NCBI GenBank assembly: GCA_964016885.1
Contig: OZ024741.1
Location: 74,214,001 to 74,278,000 of the forward strand
Length of the DNA stretch: 64,000 bases
Direction: 5' to 3'
Source of the DNA: Eledone cirrhosa
Lineage: Eukaryota
Shown: positions 57,450-64,000 of the stretch, piece by piece
Layout: every line of letters begins with the position of its first letter
Numbering within the stretch: position 1 is the first letter of the stretch
Position numbers and translations under genes: made by a program
Notes under the pieces: generated by a model
Told to the model about the DNA's origin: nothing
Databases searched by the model: none
The model's input: the letters and a program-made list of their open reading frames with translations, nothing else

Positions 57450-58870
57450 ATGGAGAAAGCCTTTGACAGAGTTCCCCGTGCTACAATCTGGTGGGCTCTT
57501 AGAAAACTAGGAGTAGATGAATGGCTTGTGAAAGCTGTACAAGCCATGTATAGAGGAGCAGTCAGCAAAGTTATGATTAGCAATGACTAGAGTGAGGAAT
57601 TTAGCATACAGGTCGGTGTCCACCAGTGCTCTATTCTTAGCCCTCTCCTGTTCATCATAGTTTTGCAGGTAATAAGGGAGGAATTTAAGCCCATGGGAAC
57701 TCCTGTATGCACTTATAGCTGAATCTATGGTAGAACTAGAGAAGAAATTCCAAACATGGAAGCAGGGACTAGAAAGAAAGGGTCTCAAAGTCAACCTGAC
57801 AAAGACTAAGGTCCTTGTAAGTAGACGAGAAAACAGAACCCAGATCCCCTCAGAGAAATGGCCTTGCTCTGCCCCAAATGGAAACAATGGGTACACAAGA
57901 GATGTAGTGGGATCTCAGGAAGCTTAACTAAGAATGTAGGCTTCACATGTAGCAGCTGTGCTGGGACAGCAAGCAACAAACAGCCACAGGAAACAAGCAC
58001 CACCAAACTCTGGGAGGGCTCTGTAGAACAGTAGACAGCTTATGCTACCTAGGTGACCGAATTAGCAGCGGAGGTGGGTGTTCGGAAAGTACAATAACTA
58101 GGGTAAGAACAGGATGAAAGAAGTTCAGGGATCTACTGCCACTGCTAGCTGCAAAAGGCTTTTCCCTCAAAATGAAGAAAGGCAGACTGTATGATGCGTG
58201 TATACGAATAGCAATGTTATATGGTAGTGAGACCTGGGCGCTGTCTGTAGAAGACTTGCATAGATTAGAAAGAAATGAAGCTTGTATGCTCCGATTGATG
58301 TGTAATAGTAATATACGCGAACGGCAAAGCATAAACGAATTGAGAGAGAGACTGAGCATAAGAGGAATTAAATGCTGTGTGCAGGAGAGGCGATTGCGTT
58401 GGTATGGACATGTGATGCATATGAAGGATGACAGTTGCATAAAAAGGTGCAGAGCACTAGAAGTCGATGGAAACCGCGGAGTGGGGAGACCCAAGAAGAC
58501 TGGGATGAGGTGATAAAAGCTGACCTTACCCAATTACACCTCTCAAAGGCGATGACCGTGACCTCTGGTGTCATGCAGTAATACAGAAGACCCGACCTCC
58601 CACGAGTACAAGCTGAAGCTGAAGCATATAGACAATATGCCCGCACACCCTCCTACTGCAAAAAAGCACCCAGCCCACACTGTAAAGTGGACGTGTAGGC
58701 GCCATGGAAAAAAAGCACCCAGCTGTAGAAATCAAGCCAGAATCAGTTCCTGTATGAGCAAGGCATATCAGCCGACCGGTTACAGTCCACAACACCACAA
58801 CAGGACAACCCGTCCAACCCATGCTAGCGTGGAAGAACGGACGTAAAACTGTGATGATGATGATGGTGAT
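57450..58870 (+). mobile_element. RTE family 3 3' half, degenerate
   Basis: EKAFDRVP, LSPLLF, GLKVNLTKT, MLYGSETW, LRWYGHV. (GAT)n tail. Matches 30365-31830. Confidence 0.9.
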
Positions 58871-58879
58871 GGTATAAAT

Positions 58880-59182
58880 ATACCATGACTTTCGGAAACC
58901 TTTTTTCACGCTCAGTGTTGCTGAAGCATGGAACAAACTCCCTGCATCAGTTACTAGCTGCCGAGACACTGCATCATTTAAAACCTCCATGCTTCCTGAG
59001 ATTCGCCAACACTACACCTAATACTCCCCCTCCATACACACGCACACGTATATCACGACTCATGCACTATTCACTTCCCTGACATTTGCACATTATTCTA
59101 TGTACTATACATGCACCTTTGATGAGTTGTAGTGCACCTGAGCACTGTACACAATAATTTCATTATTATTATTATTATTATA
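58880..59182 (+). mobile_element. CR1/L2-like LINE 3' end with (ATT)n tail
   Basis: FRKPFFTLSVAEAWNKLPASV..SFK..* followed by a 3'UTR and an ATT repeat. Confidence 0.75.
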
Positions 59183-59265
59183 TATATAAGCCAGAATCAG
59201 TTCCCGTCCCACCCTTGCAAGCAGGGAAAAAGCAGGCGTAAAATGAAATGATGATGATGATGATG

Positions 59266-59297
<32 letters not shown>

Positions 59298-60089
59298 GTA
59301 ATAATAAATAAATATATATATATAGTAATAATAAATATATATATATATATTATCATCATCATCATCATCGTTTAACGTCTATCTTCCACGCTAGCATGGG
59401 TTTAGACGGGAATTGTCCCACTTGAGGCAAGATTGGTCAGGAGACCGTGTCTCGCTTGTATAGGGCTGCCTGCCCTTCCGAACACCAACCACATTTACAG
59501 TGTGGACTGGGAGGTTTTTTCCATATTATCTACACACCCACATTACAGCGTGAACTGTGTGTTTTTTTTGTGGTGACACCTACACGACCTCATTTATTTT
59601 GGACTGGATGTTGTGGTACCAACATAACTTTACAATATATATATATAGTAATACTAAATAATATATATATATATATTTACATAATGATATTACACAACAT
59701 TATATAAGACTATTGGTTGATGTCATTGGATGCAGATTATTTTATCATTGATAACATAACTTTACATCACAGCAATCTTAAGATATCAATATAATTTTAT
59801 GTATACTTGGTTTGCACCGTTTCAAACAATCTCATTTGTACATTTCATTTTAGGCATGGTTTCTACAGTTGGGTACCCTTCCTAATGCCAACCATTTTAC
59901 AAAATGTACTAGATGCTTTTTATTGTGACAGCAGCACTACCAATTTACAGAATGTATAAGGTGTATTTTATTGTGGCATTTAAATGTTGTTATGGAAGGT
60001 CCCTTAATGGATCATTTTGACATGCTGGTTGTTTTGCTTATCATACAGACAGAGTTGATTCTAATAATCAAGTGGGCCATGGCTTGAGT

Positions 60090-60460
60090 CAGTATTCCTT
60101 CAATTCTGGAGCCAGCTGGATTGGGTAAGAGGTAATCGTCATATTTGGGACACTACAGTAAGCAACTCTTTTGTTCCTTTCCACATGCTGCTACAGTGAA
60201 GGTGTCACTGCATCTGTATGAATGAAATAATATTCTAAAATACTAAGAATTATTGGCAAACTATTTTTACAGCCTGTGACACTTGAGACCTTTGTGGGAG
60301 CTGGGTAGCTAACAAGGTTCTTGTCAATGTTGGCAGCTAGCCGTACCAATATATTAGGTAAGGTTCACAAGGTTGCTTGGTTATTCCAGTACCTTAGCCT
60401 CGTTTTCACCTATAGAAATGTCATGAGTGTACCAGTTTACCTTAAGCATGTTGTGGCATG
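60090..60460 (+). mobile_element. Decayed CRE-like (restriction-like endonuclease) retrotransposon 3' end
   Basis: LEPAGL, FLQPVTLETF and AWLFQYLSLVFTYRNVMSV resemble the CRE C-terminal pattern F.P..VET.G ... FQRLS..IQRGNA. Confidence 0.55.
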
Positions 60461-60599
60461 TAATTAAGTGTGCATCCCTTGTCTTTTTTTCTGTATGTTT
60501 TCTTTTTTTTATATTTTCTTGCAAATTATCAATCTTTTAATATATACACTTTAATATGTTTAGTCCCACCAGAGATATGATGAAGTGTAGCAAGCAAGA

Positions 60600-61110
60600 A
60601 AGAGTGTCAACAACAGACTACAGATAAAAAACACCCTCTCTTTGGCCATGCCGCCTTAAATCCAAGAAAAGTCTCATAAAAGAGCATCATGCCCCTTGGA
60701 ACATCAAACATAAGTAGTGAGAGAGTCACTCGCTGGGAAGAAAAACTTAACAACCTCCCATCAGTAACAACAATGGAGCTAAAGGTGAGTGAGGCACTGA
60801 CCCCTGGAGCAGATACAAACTATGCAGTGTGGAATGCCTAAACAGACTAAGATCTGATGTTGGATGTGCAAAAGTTACTCTTGCAAAATGGGGATATTTA
60901 AAGGATGGGGGTGTTGTGTGAGACTGCAGCATTGAACCACAGACTATGCAGCACTTCCTGATATGCCCCCTGCTGGAACACCCCTGCACAGCAGTGGACT
61001 TGGCAGAGTTTAATGAGAAAGGACAGTAATGTGTTCAGCTGTAGCGGAACCACATCTAGTCAAGCTTTGTAACTGACACTCTTGTGGACACGACAAGAAA
61101 AAGAAGAAGT
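60600..61110 (+). mobile_element. RTEX-like LINE 3' end
   Basis: WNALNRLRSDVGCAKVTLAKWGY..C..EPQTMQHFLICP and a (GAA)-rich tail. Confidence 0.65.
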
Positions 61111-62624
61111 AAAATGCTTACTTTGGTATGTTTAGAAACAAAAGACAATGAAGTTTCAGGTCTTTCATTTTCTGTGTTAAATCACTGCCATCACACTGCA
61201 AAATAGAAGAAATAAAACTGATTGAGTAAACTTCTCAAATTCCTCTCTATTAACATATATTGAATCAATTTCACAACTTACTCTCTCTTAACATGTACTA
61301 TCCCACCTAAAATTACTCTTGATAAACATGCATTTATATTTTGTTGACCAATTTTATATATGGCTATGATTATAATACAATGTCAACTAAGAAAATTAGA
61401 ATTATGAGTTTAGATACTTCTAAATAAACATATAACTCATGAAGAAGTGAATTAATGACAAAAGAAAATGAAAGGAGTCGATCATCAAGTTGGACCAAGA
61501 AAACTATGTTTCTTTTGACTTTTCATTTCTTATACTGTCTGCTTTTCCTGTGACAAGAGGCAGGATCTGATCTGGGAATAGAAAGACTTGGAACAGATTT
61601 TGATACCAACTCACCTAAAACTGGCTTTGGCTCAATGAAACTAATATTTCCATTTTAAAGGATTCCTATTTAAATTTAAGTCTTCCAACATAATTATATA
61701 TAAGAACTACATTTTAAGTTCTTATTTTAGTAATTAAATAATTTATAGTTTTAGTAAATCTCTCCAATTGTTTTAATTGAAATAGAGTGTATTTCATAAG
61801 AAACATTGTTTTGAAAGAGTTAACAACTCTACCAATTCTTTGCCTAAAGATAACAATCTCCATAATTTTCTAGAACCATTTAAAAATATTTCCTTTCATT
61901 TCTGAATTTTACGGGAGCACTATCATCCATATACTATACAGAGAAAAAAAAAAAAGAATAAAGGAATTTATGAAATCAGACCAAGGAAACTATATTTCCA
62001 TAGGTCTTTCTATAATTCTGATAATTCTGTTTGTACAACTCCAGGCAGAAGTGTTACTGTTTTTTTTGGTAATATGAAGGGTGGCATTTGAACTCAAAAT
62101 GCAATTAACAAAATGGCAACCCACCATCCTTAGATTGTTATGTTGTTTATTGATCCAAAAAGGATGGAAAGTAAAGTTGACCTCAGTGGGATTCGAATGC
62201 AGAGAGGTGAAATAGATACCACAGAGTATTCTAGCTGACTCTTTAACAATTCTCTCAATCCATCGCTAGACTGGTACTATCAACCAATTATTACACCAGG
62301 GATTGTTAGATAAACTGAGTGCAGGAAATTTTTTTTACAGGACTGGCTATATTTCATTATCGCAGAAACTGAGCACATCACAGGAATAACTGTGTCAGAG
62401 TGGATTCAGGCATGGTTGAATAGTTAAGAAGTGTGCTTTGCAATCATAAGTCCTTGGATTGAATCCCAATGTGTGGCACTTTAGGCCTTATTAGCCATAG
62501 TTTCATGTCAACACAAACATTGAGAGTGAAATTGAATAGATGGAAACTATTTGTAATTCAAAGGGCTATCCTTGTCACACATTGTGTCATACTGAATCTT
62601 CTTCAGAATTATATTGTGAACATA

Positions 62625-62812
62625 TATGAGGTTTATCCCAAAAGTAAGGAGACAGATGTTTTTATTTAAATGTATATTAGAAGTACAAAAAATTACAAGT
62701 TATCTCCTTCAAAATACGAAACTTAGGAAGTCACAGTGGCTCTAACATTTTTTCCACTGACCATAGCCGTACCAGAAGCAATTTTCTGTGAGTGTCCTCC
62801 ATTCGTCAGTTA
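62625..62812 (-). mobile_element. Mariner 3' terminal fragment
   Basis: YFEGDN on the - strand, adjacent to a TA-(C/T)GAGG..CCAAAAGT TIR-like end. Confidence 0.5.
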
Positions 62813-63109
62813 CAATGATTTGTTTGTTTTCTACAGTCCCAATTTTGTTACCATCATTATCCTTTTTATGTCTATTTTCCCATGTTTGCATGGGTTGGGC
62901 AAAAAGTGGACAAAGGCACTTTGTTTCTTGAATACCATGCAAACTATGCTAATAGGAGACAAATAAAATATACTACCAATGATTTTCAATTAATTTTTAG
63001 AACAACAAAAAATTTGGAGGGATATTGAGTTGATGTTTAGACCATAGAGCAAGAAAAAGTTCTTACATGAAATTATAAAGGAAGGTTTAAAGTTAAATAT
63101 CAAAACTTA

Positions 63110-63860
63110 ACTTGTCAGAAGGAAATCTCCTACATGCACTTGATACTGCTGTGCAGTAGTAATGAAAATCAGTGCTGCAAAGACGAGACACTCTTTCTCT
63201 CAAGGAAGGCTGCACAATGCACTCTATATGTAAATGGAGTTCCACTGAAGTAGGTGGAGAAGTTAAAGTATTTTGGGGCCATGTTCATGGGTGATGGAAG
63301 GCAGAAGGCTGAATTAATTGCAAGAATTGCGGGTGCTGATACAGTAATGCACCAGCCTCAACATTCGGTCATCAGAAAAAAGGAGGTAGGTGTAAAAGCC
63401 AAACTTGCTCTCTTCAATTCGGTATTCGCACCTACTCTTACCTATAATCATGAATCTCGGGTATTGATTGAAAGAATGCAATTGCAAATACAACAACCGA
63501 AATGTTCTTTGGAGTAACATTACTCAATAGAGTGCGTAGCTTGAAGATCAGAGAGTTGCTTCAGGCAGAGTCACTACTTCTCTAATTGAAAGATCACAGC
63601 TCTGATATTACAGACATGTGGTTAGAATGTCTTAGAAAAGAATCACTGGACAGATTTTACGGGCAAAACCAAGTAGCAGAAGACCTAGGGGTATGTATCC
63701 CCAAGCAAGATGGTTGGATAACATCCATGAGCTCGGCTGGTCTCACTTGGAGATCTAGCCAGATCTATTGGAGATGGTTGCTTCTGACAGGACCCACTGG
63801 AATGCATGCTTTTGGACACTGTCCCTACAACCCTCCCAGGAATAAGTGGACAAAAATGAA
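63110..63860 (+). mobile_element. Decayed RTE-type LINE fragment (PHD-less family)
   Basis: MKISAAKT, VEKLKYFG, AKLALFNSVFAPTLTY..ES. Confidence 0.7.
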
Positions 63861-64000
63861 GATACCAAAGTACATAAAACTGCTGCTGGTTCTATGATAC
63901 TAAGCTATTTATTAAATTGTTTATATTTAAATATAAATCTGCTATCATCATTTTGTGTAAGAACCTTTAAGTTATGCTCCAAAGACCATCTTTTATAAGG

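Overview
Eukaryotic, AT-rich, repeat-saturated DNA with no host protein-coding exon that I can support. The SINE/LINE repertoire looks cephalopod (octopus-like), which is an inference. About 2-47 kb is a dense pile-up of young retroelements separated by long (TA)n arrays. It holds several RTE-clade LINEs (one near full length, all with a PHD-type zinc finger inside the RT), a CR1-like LINE with an open 1000-aa ORF2, tRNA-derived SINEs and several Penelope-like elements (PLEs; RT plus C-terminal GIY-YIG). About 47-64 kb is older decayed repeat debris (mariner, piggyBac-like MITEs, CRE, RTEX, CR1, SINEs). The most notable signal is invisible in the ORF track: about a dozen type I hammerhead ribozyme (HHR) motifs from at least 7 unrelated sequence families. 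Most sit in (TA)n-anchored asymmetric fold-back insertions, where one arm ends flush at (TA)n and the inverted arm carries an extra 45-110 bp tail. They include HHRs with greatly expanded stem II, a family fixed for a non-canonical CAGAAGA core, and a ~460 bp non-coding unit with a head-to-tail junction (retrozyme-like). One insertion has two arms from different families. All folds were read by eye and no database search was possible. Assembly artefacts around the TA arrays remain an alternative explanation for some junctions.
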